A stretch of 64,000 nucleotides of DNA from Ornithinimicrobium avium (GCF_003351765.1 NZ_CP031229.1:2376916-2440915); one strand, 5' to 3'. Shown: positions 19,718-30,320, counted from the first letter of the stretch. The notes: a model not told the origin generated them from the letters alone. Translations and numbers: made by a program.

Positions 19718-20947
19718 TCACTTCCCCATCCCGGTGACGATCATCAGCGGGATCGCCGCGAGGGAGACCACCAGGATGATCACCAGGTAGATCATGCCCA
19801 TCACGTTGGCGAGCCGGCCGTTGACGTGGTCGCCGAGGTAGTCGCGGTCGTTGGCGACGACGAGGATCGGCAGGTAGGTCAGGGGCAGCGCGAGGGCGGA
19901 GAAGACCACCGAGGCCTCGGTGACCATGACGGGGTCGACCGTCGTCATGAGCACCCCCGTCGCGGCGATGATCGACACCCCGACGACGACGTGGAAGGTG
20001 GTGGCCTCACCGGCCCGGACGTACTTGCCCCACTGGAAGCCGAAGTACTGCGCGACGCTGTAGCCGATCGACAGGCCGGTCTCGCAGGCCGCGCCGAAGG
20101 TCGCCGCGACGAAGCCGAGGATCACCACGGCCAGCCCGATCTTGCCCAGGGCCACGGCCACCGGCAGCGCGACCTGGCCGAGGGAGTCGACCGTGACGCC
20201 CTCGGGCATGAGGACCACGCCCGCGCTGCCCGCGATCGCCAGGGACAGCAGCCCGCCGAGGGGGAAGCCGACGAGGACGTTGGCGCGCATGACGCCGATG
20301 TCCTTCGGCGTCCACTTCTCCTCCACGCCTCCGGAGGAGAAGAAGAACACCTCGTAGGGGGTCATCGCCGCACCGAAGAGCGCCACCGCGTAGAAGGCGT
20401 AGGTGGTCCAGCTCTCCTGCGAGGGCTTGCGGGCCATCAGGGCGTCCTTGCCGAGCTCGGCCCAGTCGGGTCCCAGCTGCCACAGGGCGACCGCGAACAC
20501 GACGAGGGCCAGGCCGAGCAGTCCCACGACGTTCTCCATCGCGGAGAACTTGGCCCGCCACAGGACCAGCCAGAGCAGGACCGCGATGAACGGCGCGACG
20601 AGCAGGTAGTGCACCGAGCTGAGCAGCTGCAGGGCCAGCGCGACACCGCCGATCTCGGCGACGAGGGTCAGGAAGGTCACCGCCATCGAGGCGACCAGGT
20701 TGAGCAGGCCGACCCGCGGGCCGAGCCGCTCGCGCACCAGGTCGAAGGTGGCCCGCCCGCTGACGGCGGCGATCCGGCCGGACATCTCGGAATAGACACA
20801 GATGCCGATGACGCCGATCACCACGACCCACGCCAGCGACAGGCCGAACCGTGAGCCGACGACCGCGTTGGTGACGAGGTCGCCGATGTCGACGAAACCG
20901 CCGATCGCGGTGAGGATGCCGAGGGCGACGGCGAGGTACTTCTTCAT
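19718..20947 (-). CDS. mntH: NRAMP-family divalent metal (Mn2+/Fe2+) transporter MntH
   Basis: 409 aa from ATG 20947 (MKKYLAVALGILTAIGGFVDIGDLVTNA...). DPGN-equivalent region and 11 TM segments. The longest ORF (531 aa) has an Arg-rich spurious N-terminal extension. Confidence 0.8.
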   Translation of the reverse strand: MKKYLAVALGILTAIGGFVDIGDLVTNAVVGSRFGLSLAWVVVIGVIGICVYSEMSGRIAAVSGRATFDLVRERLGPRVGLLNLVASMAVTFLTLVAEIGGVALALQLLSSVHYLLVAPFIAVLLWLVLWRAKFSAMENVVGLLGLALVVFAVALWQLGPDWAELGKDALMARKPSQESWTTYAFYAVALFGAAMTPYEVFFFSSGGVEEKWTPKDIGVMRANVLVGFPLGGLLSLAIAGSAGVVLMPEGVTVDSLGQVALPVAVALGKIGLAVVILGFVAATFGAACETGLSIGYSVAQYFGFQWGKYVRAGEATTFHVVVGVSIIAATGVLMTTVDPVMVTEASVVFSALALPLTYLPILVVANDRDYLGDHVNGRLANVMGMIYLVIILVVSLAAIPLMIVTGMGK

Positions 20948-21396
20948 CCGCCCGCCCTCCGCAGCGGCTCGGCGGCCTGCTCGAGCTCCTGGCCGACCTT
21001 CTGCAGCCGGACCTGGAGCCCGGCGTAGTCGGCCTGCGCCCCGGTGGCGAACGCGATCCGCGCGTCGACGAGGACGGACTCGGCCTGCCGGAGGAGCTCG
21101 GCCAGCCGACGGAAGTCCTCGGCCCGCCCGGGTGCGGGCTGGCTGCCCAGGTAGCCCCGCGCGGCACCAGCCGCCGAGCTCTCCGCGTCCTGGGCGAGCA
21201 CGAGGCCGGAACGGCCCAGGAGGTGGCCCTTCTGCGCCTCGTCCAGGGCCAGCCGGCTGCTCGCCACGCTGCCGGCGACGTCGTCGAGCACCTGCACCGA
21301 GGACCTGACCCATGCCTGATCGTCCGGGGGCGAGGACGTCCCGCAGCCCGTGAGCAGGAGCACGGCGAGCGCCGCAGCGAGGGGTCGACGATCCAT
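20944..21396 (-). CDS. Lipoprotein of unknown function
   Basis: 150 aa with LLTGC lipobox. ATGA overlap with the mntH start. Confidence 0.55.
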   Translation of the reverse strand: MDRRPLAAALAVLLLTGCGTSSPPDDQAWVRSSVQVLDDVAGSVASSRLALDEAQKGHLLGRSGLVLAQDAESSAAGAARGYLGSQPAPGRAEDFRRLAELLRQAESVLVDARIAFATGAQADYAGLQVRLQKVGQELEQAAEPLRRAGG

Positions 21397-21711
21397 CTCG
21401 AGGCTGAGATTACGCCCGGGTCGACGCGTCTTCCTGTCGACGCGTCACCGTCCCCGACCCGGTGCGCTCCCACCCCGGCGTGGCGATGGAGGGCTACTTC
21501 TGGCGGGTCACGGACGCGGTGGCCGGCCGCGCGCACGGGTTCGACGAGCCGGGCGCGTGCGTCGCCTTCGCCGGCGGGCGGGTGCACGCCCGGCCCCTGG
21601 GTATGCCGTTGCGCACCGAGGTCACCGCGCTCGTCGTGCGGCTCCCCTCGGGGCGTGTGCTCCGGCTGGGCGACCCGGGCCTGACGCCGGGCGCGGGAAG
21701 CCCTGAGGAGG

Positions 21712-22308
21712 TCAGGAGCGGGCGCTCCAGCGCCATCCGCGCGGCGGCTTGCCGCTGTCCGGGCCCGCCTCGCGCACCTTGATGTCGCCGATGAGCAGGT
21801 ACGCCTTGAGGATCAGCCGCGCCCCGGTCCGCGGAGTGGCCGGGTCGGCGTCGTTGGTCTGCTTGAAGCCGCCCATCAGGGCGCCACCCTCGACCGACAC
21901 CTCGGTCCCCGGGGGGACCACGACGGCCAGGTTGCCGATCAGGGACCAGGCCTCGATCTCGAGGGTCTCGCCGGGCTGGAGCACCTCGCGCAGGTCGAGA
22001 CGGACGTCGCCGATCGCCGACAGCGCGGTCGTGCGGCGGGCCGCCGGCCAGCGGCCGGTGCGGGTCACGTCGCCGATCAGCGCGAAGAACGGGTCGGACT
22101 TCTCCCGGCGGGCCGGCGGAGGTGCCGGCGTGCCGCGGTAGGCCGGTAGCGGCGTCGCCGCGTCCGGCACGATCTCGGGCAGGCCCTGGCCGGGGACGTT
22201 GGGGTCGGGCAGCGGCGGCGGTGGTCCGACCGTCTGCTCGTCGCCGATCTCGCTGGGCCCGCGCCACTGCTCGGGGCCCGCGCCCGCTCCACCGCCGGTT
22301 GACGTCAT
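21712..22308 (-). CDS. Hypothetical protein with Pro-rich N-terminus and LiaF/DUF2154-like beta-rich C-terminal domain
   Basis: 198 aa. C-terminus LSAIGDVRLDLREV...IEAWSLIGNLAVVVPPGTEVSVEGGALMGGF. Confidence 0.4.
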   Translation of the reverse strand: MTSTGGGAGAGPEQWRGPSEIGDEQTVGPPPPLPDPNVPGQGLPEIVPDAATPLPAYRGTPAPPPARREKSDPFFALIGDVTRTGRWPAARRTTALSAIGDVRLDLREVLQPGETLEIEAWSLIGNLAVVVPPGTEVSVEGGALMGGFKQTNDADPATPRTGARLILKAYLLIGDIKVREAGPDSGKPPRGWRWSARS

Positions 22309-22370
22309 GCTCCTACGGTAACCCCGGGCCCCCGTCGGACCCGCCGCCGAGGAGACCTAGGCTGCACGGT

Positions 22371-23375
22371 ATGGAGTTTCGATACCTCGGCAACAGCGGT
22401 CTGAAGATCTCGGAGATCACCTACGGCAACTGGCTCACGCACGGCAGCCAGGTCGAGAACGAGGTGGCCCTCCGGTGCGTGCGCGCCGCGCTCGAGGCTG
22501 GCATCTCCTCGTTCGACACGGCCGACGCCTACGCCAACACCAGGGCCGAGGAGGTGCTCGGGGAGGCCCTCAGGGGCGAGCGCCGGGAGAGCCTGGAGAT
22601 CTTCACCAAGGTCTACTGGCCGACCGGGCCGCGCGGGCACAACGACACCGGCCTGTCGCGCAAGCACGTCATGGAGTCGATCGACGGGTCGCTGCGGCGG
22701 CTGCAGACCGACTACGTCGACCTCTACCAGGCGCACCGCTTCGACACCGAGACGCCGCTGGAGGAGACGATGCAGGCCTTCGCCGACATCGTCCGCGCCG
22801 GCAAGGCGCTCTACATCGGCGTCTCGGAGTGGACCGCCGACCAGCTGCGCGAGGGCCACCGGCTGAGCAGGGAGCTCGGCTTCCAGCTCATCTCCTCCCA
22901 GCCCCAGTACTCCATGCTCTGGCGCGTCATCGAGCCCGAGGTCGTGCCGGCCTGCGAGGAGCTGGGCATGTCGCAGATCGTCTGGAGCCCGATGGCCCAG
23001 GGCGTGCTCTCCGGCAAGTACCTCCCCGGGCAGGCGCCGACCGAGGGTCGCGCCGCCGACGAGAAGATGGGTCAGGGCATGAGGGACCTGATGACCGACG
23101 AGGTGCTCACCGCCGTGCAGGGCCTGCGCCCGCTCGCCGAGGAGGCCGGCCTGACGATGCCGCAGCTCGCGGTCGCCTGGGTGCTGCAGAACCCGAACGT
23201 CGCGGCCGCGCTGGTCGGCGCCTCCCGCCCCGAGCAGGTGCAGGACAACGTGCAGGCCGCGGGCGTGAAGCTCGACGCCGACCTGATGGCCAAGATCGAC
23301 GAGGTGCTCGGCGACGTCGTCGTGCGCGACCCGGCCCAGACCGCGCAGAGGGCCCCGAAGAGCCGGGCGTCCTGA
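22371..23375 (+). CDS. Aldo/keto reductase (AKR) family oxidoreductase
   Basis: MEFRYLGNSGLKISEITYGNW...FDTADAYANTRAEEVLG...LYQAHRFD. Classic AKR motifs. Confidence 0.85.
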   Translation: MEFRYLGNSGLKISEITYGNWLTHGSQVENEVALRCVRAALEAGISSFDTADAYANTRAEEVLGEALRGERRESLEIFTKVYWPTGPRGHNDTGLSRKHVMESIDGSLRRLQTDYVDLYQAHRFDTETPLEETMQAFADIVRAGKALYIGVSEWTADQLREGHRLSRELGFQLISSQPQYSMLWRVIEPEVVPACEELGMSQIVWSPMAQGVLSGKYLPGQAPTEGRAADEKMGQGMRDLMTDEVLTAVQGLRPLAEEAGLTMPQLAVAWVLQNPNVAAALVGASRPEQVQDNVQAAGVKLDADLMAKIDEVLGDVVVRDPAQTAQRAPKSRAS

Positions 23376-23376
23376 T

Positions 23377-24504
23377 GTGGGCGCGCCCTTCGACCTGACG
23401 CTGGAACAGATGCGCGGGCACCGCTCGGCCAAGTGGAGCCTGGTGCCCGAGGACGTGCTGCCGGCGTGGACGGCCGAGATGGACGTCCGCACCGCACCCG
23501 CGGTCGCCGACGCGCTGCGGCTGGCTGTCGAGCGGTCCGACCTCGGCTACGCCGGCGACCCGGCCCCGGTGGCCGACGCGTTCGCCGGGTTCGCGCGGGA
23601 CACCTGGGGCTGGGACCCGGCGCAGGGCGGCGGGGAGCTGCGGATGTTCGGCGACGTCGGCCAGGCGGCCACCGCGGTGCTCGGGGCGCTGACCTCGCCC
23701 GGCGACCGGGTGGTCCTCACCCCGCCGGTCTACCTGGCCTTCTACCCGTGGCTCGCCTCGCTCCGGCTCGAGCCGCACGAGGTGCCGATGCTCGACGTCG
23801 CCTCGGGGGGACGCCTCGACCTGGACGGTATGGAGGACGCGCTCGCCTCGGGCACCCGCGTCGTCCTGCTGTGCCATCCCCACAACCCGCTCGGGCTGGT
23901 CGCTGCCCGCGAGGACCTCGAGGCACTGGCTCAGATGGCGGCCCACCACGGGGCGGTCGTCGTCTCCGACGAGATCCACGCGCCGCTGACCCACCCCGGC
24001 GGCCCCGCGTTCGTGCCCTGGCTGTCGGTGTCCGACGCCGCGCGCCAGGTCGGGTTCGCCCTGCACTCGCCCTCCAAGGCGTGGAACACCGCCGGGCTCA
24101 AGCTCGCGCTCGGCGTCACCGGCGTCGAAGGCCGCTGGCCGCAGATCCCCGAGGAGGTCGCCTGGGGCGCCTCGATCATGGGCCAGTACGCCGCGGTCGC
24201 CGCCTACACCGACGGCCGCGAGTGGCTGGCGACCGTGCGGTCGGTCCTCGAGCAGCGGACGGCACAGCTCGTCGACCTGCTCGCCGAGCAGCTGCCGGCG
24301 GTGCGCTTCCGGCCGGGCACCGCCTCCTACCTCGCCTGGCTGGACTGCCGCGAGCTCGGCCTGGGCGAGGACCCGGCGGCCGTCTTCCTCGAGCGCGGGC
24401 CCGCCTTCGGACCCGGTGGCGCCGGCTTCGCTCGGCTCAACTACGGCACCAGCGTGGAGCTGATGGGCGAGGCGGTCCGCCGGATGGCCCTGGCGGCGCG
24501 CTGA
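23377..24504 (+). CDS. PLP-dependent C-S lyase / class I-II aminotransferase (MalY/PatB-like cystathionine beta-lyase)
   Basis: 375 aa. PLP-Lys context SPSKAWNTAGLK. Confidence 0.75.
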   Translation: MGAPFDLTLEQMRGHRSAKWSLVPEDVLPAWTAEMDVRTAPAVADALRLAVERSDLGYAGDPAPVADAFAGFARDTWGWDPAQGGGELRMFGDVGQAATAVLGALTSPGDRVVLTPPVYLAFYPWLASLRLEPHEVPMLDVASGGRLDLDGMEDALASGTRVVLLCHPHNPLGLVAAREDLEALAQMAAHHGAVVVSDEIHAPLTHPGGPAFVPWLSVSDAARQVGFALHSPSKAWNTAGLKLALGVTGVEGRWPQIPEEVAWGASIMGQYAAVAAYTDGREWLATVRSVLEQRTAQLVDLLAEQLPAVRFRPGTASYLAWLDCRELGLGEDPAAVFLERGPAFGPGGAGFARLNYGTSVELMGEAVRRMALAAR

Positions 24505-24572
24505 GCCGGGGCGCAGCTCCGGAGCCGAGCCAGCGGGACCGGCCCCCCTCGGAGCCGGCGCTGCCACAGGGC

Positions 24573-25652
24573 TCACGGGCAGGAGATGGCGCCGAGCGCC
24601 GCGAGACCTTCGAGGTCTCCCGGGCCGAAGCCGGTCTGGCCCCGGTTGACCGCGGCCATCAGCTCGTGGGGGTCGTCGACGTGGTCGAGGCCGAGCACGT
24701 GCGCCAGCTCGTGGTCCAGCACGGTCGCGTGCTGCCGGGGCGAGGAGAGGTCGCCGACGTCGAGGACGACCTGCCCCGAGGCCGACCAGGACCTGTCGTC
24801 CGCGCCGGTCATCATGGTCGGCCCGCCCATGCCGGCCGGCTGGCCGGCGAGCTCGGGCACGTCGTCGGCGTCGGCCCATGAGACGAGCACGGGCAGGCCG
24901 GCCCGCCGGGCCTCGCCGCCGCGCCAGGTGTCGTCGGTCTCCCCGACGAGCACCAGCTGCAGGCCGCTGGCCGCGCTGAGCCGCGCGAGGCTGTCCTGGA
25001 CGAGCCGGGTGTAGCCGCGCGGCGCCCGGTCGGGGTTGACCGCGACCTCGACCGGCCCGCACGGGGAGAAGCCGACGGGCACGTCGGTGCCCGGCTGGGT
25101 CGCGACGAAGGCGTGCTCCCCTGACGTCCCCGGGTGGACGACCGGCAGCACGCGGTCCCCGCGGGCCGGCTCCCAGCCCCACGGCGTCCCCTGCAGGGCC
25201 GGGACGACGGCGTCCTGCAACCGGTCGCCGAGGTCGCCGAGGCGGGAGTCCCTGCCCCCCGCCGGGGCGAGGGCCTCCGGCTCCTGGGCGGGCAGGCCGA
25301 GCACCGCGCGACCGGCCGCCGTCGCCCGGTCGAGGACGACGCCGGCGGAGCCGGGATAGAGGTAGGCGCCCACCCCCAGCGCCACCACCAGGAGCAGCAC
25401 CAGCCACCGCCCGGTCCGGCGCCGCTGCCGCACCGGGCGGTGGCCCGGCGGGCGCGGCGAGGGGTCGAGGGCGCGCAGAGGTGCCTCGCCGGCGGGCGAG
25501 TGGTGCCGCCACGTCGTGTCCGGTCGGGCCGAGGGGTGGCCGGGCGGCGCACCACCCAGCCCGTAGCGCCGGTCCCACTCGTCGAGCTGGGCGAGCCGTC
25601 GCTGCATCTCGGCCGCGCGTCTGCGGCGGCCGGCCGACTCGAACATCCCCAT
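24573..25652 (-). CDS. Membrane-anchored metzincin-like zinc metalloprotease (matrixin/M10-like HExxHxxGxxH)
   Basis: About 360 aa from ATG 25652. TM helix WLVLLLVVALGVGAYL. Zinc site HELAHVLGLDHV. The listed 860-aa ORF is extended by an unrelated reading frame. Confidence 0.7.
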   Translation of the reverse strand: MGMFESAGRRRRAAEMQRRLAQLDEWDRRYGLGGAPPGHPSARPDTTWRHHSPAGEAPLRALDPSPRPPGHRPVRQRRRTGRWLVLLLVVALGVGAYLYPGSAGVVLDRATAAGRAVLGLPAQEPEALAPAGGRDSRLGDLGDRLQDAVVPALQGTPWGWEPARGDRVLPVVHPGTSGEHAFVATQPGTDVPVGFSPCGPVEVAVNPDRAPRGYTRLVQDSLARLSAASGLQLVLVGETDDTWRGGEARRAGLPVLVSWADADDVPELAGQPAGMGGPTMMTGADDRSWSASGQVVLDVGDLSSPRQHATVLDHELAHVLGLDHVDDPHELMAAVNRGQTGFGPGDLEGLAALGAISCP

Positions 25653-25775
25653 ACCCCAGATCCTGCACCACGTGACTGACACGGTCGAGAGGCCGGGTAC
25701 CTGCCTCACCACAGGACGTGGGTGCCAGCGTCGGCGACGCCGGACCATCCCTCCTGCGGCCCTACGCTTGTCCCC

Positions 25776-26807
25776 ATGACCCGACCGCACCTGTGGATCC
25801 GCGCCGAGGCCCGCCCCACCGAGCAGCGCGTGCCCATCGTCCCCGCGGACGCCGCACGGCTGGTCAAGGACGGCTTCCGCGTCACGGTCGAGGAGTCGCC
25901 GACGCGGATCGTCCCGGTCGAGGAGTACGTCGCGGTCGGCTGCCGGACCGCGCCGACCGGCTCCTGGACGGACGCCCCGGAGGGCACCGTCGTCGTGGGC
26001 ATCAAGGAGCTGCCGCAGGACCCCTCGGACCTGGCCCGCACGCACGTCTACTTCGCGCACGCCTACAAGGGGCAGGAGGGCGCCCAGGAGGTGCTCGAGC
26101 GCTTCCGTCGCGGCGGCGGGGAGCTGCTCGACGTCGAGTACCTCACCGTGGACGGCAAGCGCGTCGTCGCCTTCGGCTTCTGGGCAGGGTATGTGGGAGC
26201 CGCCCTCTCGGTCCTGCGTCACCGTGGTCTGCTGCCCGGCGGGGTGGCGCCGATGTCCCGCGCCGAGCTGGACGCGCAGCTGGTGGGCAGCGCGCCGGAC
26301 ACCCCGGAGCACGCGCTGGTGATCGGCCACCGCGGACGGTCCGGCCGGGGGGCGGCCGAGGCGCTCGAGGTGGCCGGCTGCGCCGTCACCCGGTGGGACC
26401 GGCCGGACACCGTGCTGGTGGACCGGAACGTCCTGCTCGACCACGACATCGTGGTCAACTGCGTCGTCAGCAGGGGGGCCGCCGGTCAGCAGCCGTTCGT
26501 GACCGCCGAGGACGTCGACGCGCCGCGCCGGCTGCGCGTGGTCGGGGACGTCACCTGCGACGTGACCTCCGAGGCCAACCTCGTCCCGATCAACACCGCG
26601 GTCACCACCTGGGAGGAGCCGGTCCGCCGCTTCGGCACGGATGAGAACCCCCTCGAGGTCATCGCCATCGACAACCTGCCCTCGCTCCTGCCCCGCGAGG
26701 CGAGCGAGAGCTTCAGCGCCGAGCTGACGCCGCTGCTGCCCGACCTGGCCGACCGGTCCGGCCCGTGGGCGGCGAGCCTGGAGTGGTTCCGCAAGCACGT
26801 GCACTGA
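25776..26807 (+). CDS. Saccharopine dehydrogenase (NAD+, L-lysine-forming), LYS1-like (alanine dehydrogenase/PNT fold)
   Basis: MTRPHLWIRAEARPTEQRVPIVPADAARLVKDGFRV... is typical of bacterial LYS1 homologues. Confidence 0.75.
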   Translation: MTRPHLWIRAEARPTEQRVPIVPADAARLVKDGFRVTVEESPTRIVPVEEYVAVGCRTAPTGSWTDAPEGTVVVGIKELPQDPSDLARTHVYFAHAYKGQEGAQEVLERFRRGGGELLDVEYLTVDGKRVVAFGFWAGYVGAALSVLRHRGLLPGGVAPMSRAELDAQLVGSAPDTPEHALVIGHRGRSGRGAAEALEVAGCAVTRWDRPDTVLVDRNVLLDHDIVVNCVVSRGAAGQQPFVTAEDVDAPRRLRVVGDVTCDVTSEANLVPINTAVTTWEEPVRRFGTDENPLEVIAIDNLPSLLPREASESFSAELTPLLPDLADRSGPWAASLEWFRKHVH

Positions 26808-26985
26808 GCCGTCTGCGTAACGATTGGATAACACCGGGTCCGGCCGGCGCCGGGGCGCTCGGCCGGCGTCAAGGCGCGCGCGCGTAGCCCACAGGACGGG
26901 TCGTTCGCAAGTCGGCGAGCGGGTGCCCGGCGCGGTGGCTACGTTGGCACAGAGACCTTGCCCATCTTCCTCGAAGGAGACCCGC

Positions 26986-27879
26986 ATGATCCCCACCACC
27001 CGACGCACCCACCGACGCAGCCTGGCCGTGGTGGCCGCGCTCAGCGCCGCCGCCCTCACGCTCAGCGCCTGCGGAGGCGACGGTGACGACGGCTCCGACG
27101 CCGGCACCGACGGCGGCACCGCCGCCGAGGGCTCCGGCGCGGACCTCAACCTCATCGACGACGGGACGCTCGTGGTGGCGATGAGCGGGGAGTTCCAGCC
27201 GTTCAGCTACTTCGAGGGCAACACCCTCACCGGCTTCGACTACGACATCGGCGCCGCGGTGGCCGACCAGCTGGGGCTGGAGCTGAAGTCCGAGACCGGT
27301 GCCTTCGACACCCTCATCGGCGGCATCAAGGCCGACCGCTACGACGTGCTCGTCGCCTCGATGACGCCGACCCCGGAGCGGGACGAGCAGGTCGACTTCA
27401 CGGACAGCTACTACGTCTCCGGCGCCCAGGCCTTCGTCGCCCCCGGCACCGAGTGCACCGACATCACCGAGATGGACAAGCCCTCGATCGGGGTGGCGAC
27501 GGGCACGACATACCAGGACTGGCTCAAGGACAACGGCGGCGACTGGGTGGGCGAGGTGCGCACCTTCTCCTCCGACATCACCGCCCTGCAGGACACCTCC
27601 GCCGGTCGCCTCGACGCCGCGATGACCGACCGCAACGTGGGTCTCTACCAGATCCAGGAGTCCGGTCTGGACCTCGTCGAGTGCGGCGAGCCGGTCTTCA
27701 CCGAGGAGCCGGCCTTCGCGGTCAAGGAGGGCAACGCCGCGCTGCAGGACGCGCTCAACGAGGCGCTGGCCGCCATCAAGGAGGACGGCACCTACGCGGA
27801 GATCTCCACCAAGTACTTCGGCAAGGACATCTCCACGACCGGCGGGTCCGACGAGGCCGCCGCGACCAGCGAGGGCTGA
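26986..27879 (+). CDS. Polar amino-acid ABC transporter substrate-binding lipoprotein
   Basis: RBS gaaggaga 6 nt upstream of ATG 26986. Lipobox LSAC. SBP_bac_3-like. Confidence 0.8.
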   Translation: MIPTTRRTHRRSLAVVAALSAAALTLSACGGDGDDGSDAGTDGGTAAEGSGADLNLIDDGTLVVAMSGEFQPFSYFEGNTLTGFDYDIGAAVADQLGLELKSETGAFDTLIGGIKADRYDVLVASMTPTPERDEQVDFTDSYYVSGAQAFVAPGTECTDITEMDKPSIGVATGTTYQDWLKDNGGDWVGEVRTFSSDITALQDTSAGRLDAAMTDRNVGLYQIQESGLDLVECGEPVFTEEPAFAVKEGNAALQDALNEALAAIKEDGTYAEISTKYFGKDISTTGGSDEAAATSEG

Positions 27880-27891
27880 GGAAGCACTCCG

Positions 27892-28560
27892 GTGCAGCAC
27901 TTCCTGGAGCTGTTCGCGCAGTACGCCCCGTTGTTCGTCGAGGCGTCGTGGGTGACGCTGCGGCTGACGGCCGCGGCCCTGGTCCTGGCGATGGTCGGGG
28001 GTGCGGTCGTCGCTGCGATGGCGATGAGCAGGCTCCGGCCGCTGCGGTGGCTGGCCACCGCCTACATCGGGCTGGTCCGTGGCACGCCGCTGATCACGCA
28101 GATCTTCATCATCTACTTCGGGCTGGTCGCCATCGTCACCCTGTCCGCCTTCTGGGCGGGCGCGCTGGCGCTGGCGTTCCACAACTCCGCCTACATCGCC
28201 GAGATCTTCCGCTCCGGCTTCCAGGCGGTCCCGAAGGGGCTGACGGAGGCCTCGCGCTCGCTCGGCATGTCGCGGACCAAGACCCTCAAGCGGGTGCAGG
28301 CGCCGCTGGCGCTGCGGACCACGCTGCCGGTCCTGGGCAACCAGTACATCATCGCGGTGAAGGACTCCTCGCTCGTCTCGTTCATCGGGATGACCGAGCT
28401 GTTCCAGACCTCGCGCAACATGGCGGCGTCCACCTACGAGCCGCTCACGGCCTACATCGTGGTCGCGATCTACTACCTGGTCATCGTGCTCGCCCTGACC
28501 GCACTGGTCAGCTGGCTCGAGCACCGGCTCAGCGCACACAGGAGGCCGGCAGCAGCATGA
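27892..28560 (+). CDS. Polar amino-acid ABC transporter permease (HisM/GlnP type)
   Basis: 222 aa with 5 TM segments. EAA loop TEASRSLGMSRTKTLKRV. Confidence 0.85.
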   Translation: MQHFLELFAQYAPLFVEASWVTLRLTAAALVLAMVGGAVVAAMAMSRLRPLRWLATAYIGLVRGTPLITQIFIIYFGLVAIVTLSAFWAGALALAFHNSAYIAEIFRSGFQAVPKGLTEASRSLGMSRTKTLKRVQAPLALRTTLPVLGNQYIIAVKDSSLVSFIGMTELFQTSRNMAASTYEPLTAYIVVAIYYLVIVLALTALVSWLEHRLSAHRRPAAA

Positions 28561-29345
28561 GCGAGCAGACGAGCCAGCAGGCGGCGCAGCCCCTGGACGG
28601 CCAGACCGGCCGACCGATGGTGCAGATGCGCGACATCGTCAAGAAGTTCGGCACCACCACGGTGCTCGACGGCATCGACCTCGACGTCCACGAGGGCGAG
28701 GTGGTCACCCTCATCGGCCCCTCCGGCGCCGGCAAGAGCACGCTGCTGAGGTGCGTCAACGGCCTGGAGCGGATCTCGGGCGGGACGATCGAGGTCGACG
28801 GCGAGCAGCTGTCCTACACCGAGAAGGGCCTCAACCGCCTGCGCGCGCGCATCGGGATGGTCTTCCAGTCCTTCAACCTCTTCCCGCACATGACCGTGAT
28901 GGACAACGTCACGGTCGCCCAGCGGGAGGTCCTCGGGCGCTCCTCCGCCGAGGCCAGGGAGCGTGGCCTCGAGCTGCTCGCGCGGGTGGGTCTGGACCAC
29001 AAGGCCGACGCCTACCCGGGCAACCTCTCCGGCGGCCAGCAGCAGCGGGTCGCGATCGCGCGCGCCCTGGCGATGGACCCGGCGGTGATGCTCTTCGACG
29101 AGCCCACCTCGGCCCTCGACCCCGAGCTGGTCGGCGAGGTCCTCGAGGTGATGCGCGTGCTGGCCGACGAGGGCATGACGATGATGGTGGTCACCCACGA
29201 GATGCGCTTCGCGCGCAAGGCCGCCGACCGGGTCGTGCTGCTGGCCGACGGCGGCATCGCCGAGGAGGGGCCGCCCGCCCAGGTGCTCGACGAGCCCACC
29301 AGCGAGCGCGGCCAGGCCTTCCTGCAGCAGCTCAACGAGACCTGA
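28557..29345 (+). CDS. Polar amino-acid ABC transporter ATP-binding protein (GlnQ/ArtP type)
   Basis: GPSGAGKST, LSGGQQQRVAIARAL, MLFDEPTSALD. ATGA overlap with the permease. Confidence 0.9.
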   Translation: MSEQTSQQAAQPLDGQTGRPMVQMRDIVKKFGTTTVLDGIDLDVHEGEVVTLIGPSGAGKSTLLRCVNGLERISGGTIEVDGEQLSYTEKGLNRLRARIGMVFQSFNLFPHMTVMDNVTVAQREVLGRSSAEARERGLELLARVGLDHKADAYPGNLSGGQQQRVAIARALAMDPAVMLFDEPTSALDPELVGEVLEVMRVLADEGMTMMVVTHEMRFARKAADRVVLLADGGIAEEGPPAQVLDEPTSERGQAFLQQLNET

Positions 29346-29413
29346 GAGCCCTGCGGGGTATGGCGTGCGCCGCCCGCTCCTGCGGGCGGCGCACCCCCTC
29401 GGTCACGATCCGG

Positions 29414-30210
29414 TCACGGGAAGGGTTCGCCGACGACGAGCCCCGGTGCCCGCCCGGGCTCGATGAACCACTCGTCGCCGAAGGCCGCCGCGAACTGCTC
29501 GGTCGGCATGGCGAGCATCCAGGCGACGTCCTCCTGGGACCCGTGGCAGGCCAGGGCCTCGCGCTTGACGTCCAGGACGCGCCGCACGTCGACGTGCCAG
29601 TGCAGCTCGGCCTCCGGCGTGCCGAACGGGTTGCCGTCGTCGGCGACCGCGTCAGGGTTCCAGTCGGCGTCCTCGGTGACCAGCCCGGCCTCCTTGGCGG
29701 CGAGGAACTGGCGACGGATCGCGTCACGGTTCATCGTGCCCTCGAGCAGGCGCGGGCGGCGGGCCGCGAGCCCGGCCGCACGGTGCACGACGTGGTGGAC
29801 CTTGACGTGGTCGGGGTGGCCGTAGCCGCCGTGCCAGTCGTAGCCCACGAGCACGTCGGCCTCCTCCTCGTCGACGACGGTCGCGAGCCGCCGGGCGGCC
29901 TCCTGCGTGTCCGCGCGGTGGAAGGACCGCTCGGCCTCGTTCTGCTCCCACCCGCTCATGCCCGAGTCCGCGTAGCCCAGCCACTCCGTCCTGGCGATGC
30001 CGAGGACCTGCGCCGCGGCCGCCGCCTCCCCGCGCCGGCGCAGGACGACGGTCTCGCCCTCGGCCAGGTCGGCCGGGACGGTGCCGTGGTCGCCGTCGGT
30101 GGCGAAGACGCAGACCACGCGGTGCCCCGCGTCGGCGGCCAGCCGCATGGTGCCGCCGCTGCCGGAGGCCTCGTCGTCGGGGTGGGCGTGGAGGAAGACG
30201 ATGGTGCTCA
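29414..30210 (-). CDS. PIG-L/LmbE-family N-acetylglucosaminyl deacetylase (MshB/Mca-like)
   Basis: GTG start 30210 (VSTIVFLHAHPDDEASGSGGTM). HPDDE motif and downstream HxxH. Confidence 0.75.
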
Positions 30211-30320
30211 CGAGGGTCCAGTGTGGTGCCTGGCGCGCCGCTGCGCCTCCCGGGCCCCCGGCGCGGCGGTCCGACGGACGATCCGTTGTGCCGCTCGGGG
30301 GTAAGTGGCAGGCTGGAGAC

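Noticed and set aside
21462-21782. 106-aa plus-strand ORF between the lipoprotein gene and the LiaF-like gene
   Set aside because: No RBS and no motif. It is largely antisense to the 21712..22308 gene and is probably spurious.
26808-26985. Possible lysine riboswitch in the 178-nt leader of the amino-acid ABC operon, downstream of saccharopine dehydrogenase
   Set aside because: I could not recognise the conserved L-box helices by eye. It needs a covariance-model search (Rfam RF00168) before any claim.
24573-27155. 860-aa minus-strand ORF; 2078..4066 and 19718..21313 long N-terminal extensions
   Set aside because: Extensions are Arg/Pro-rich off-frame sequence overlapping neighbouring genes. 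Internal starts with conserved N-termini were chosen.
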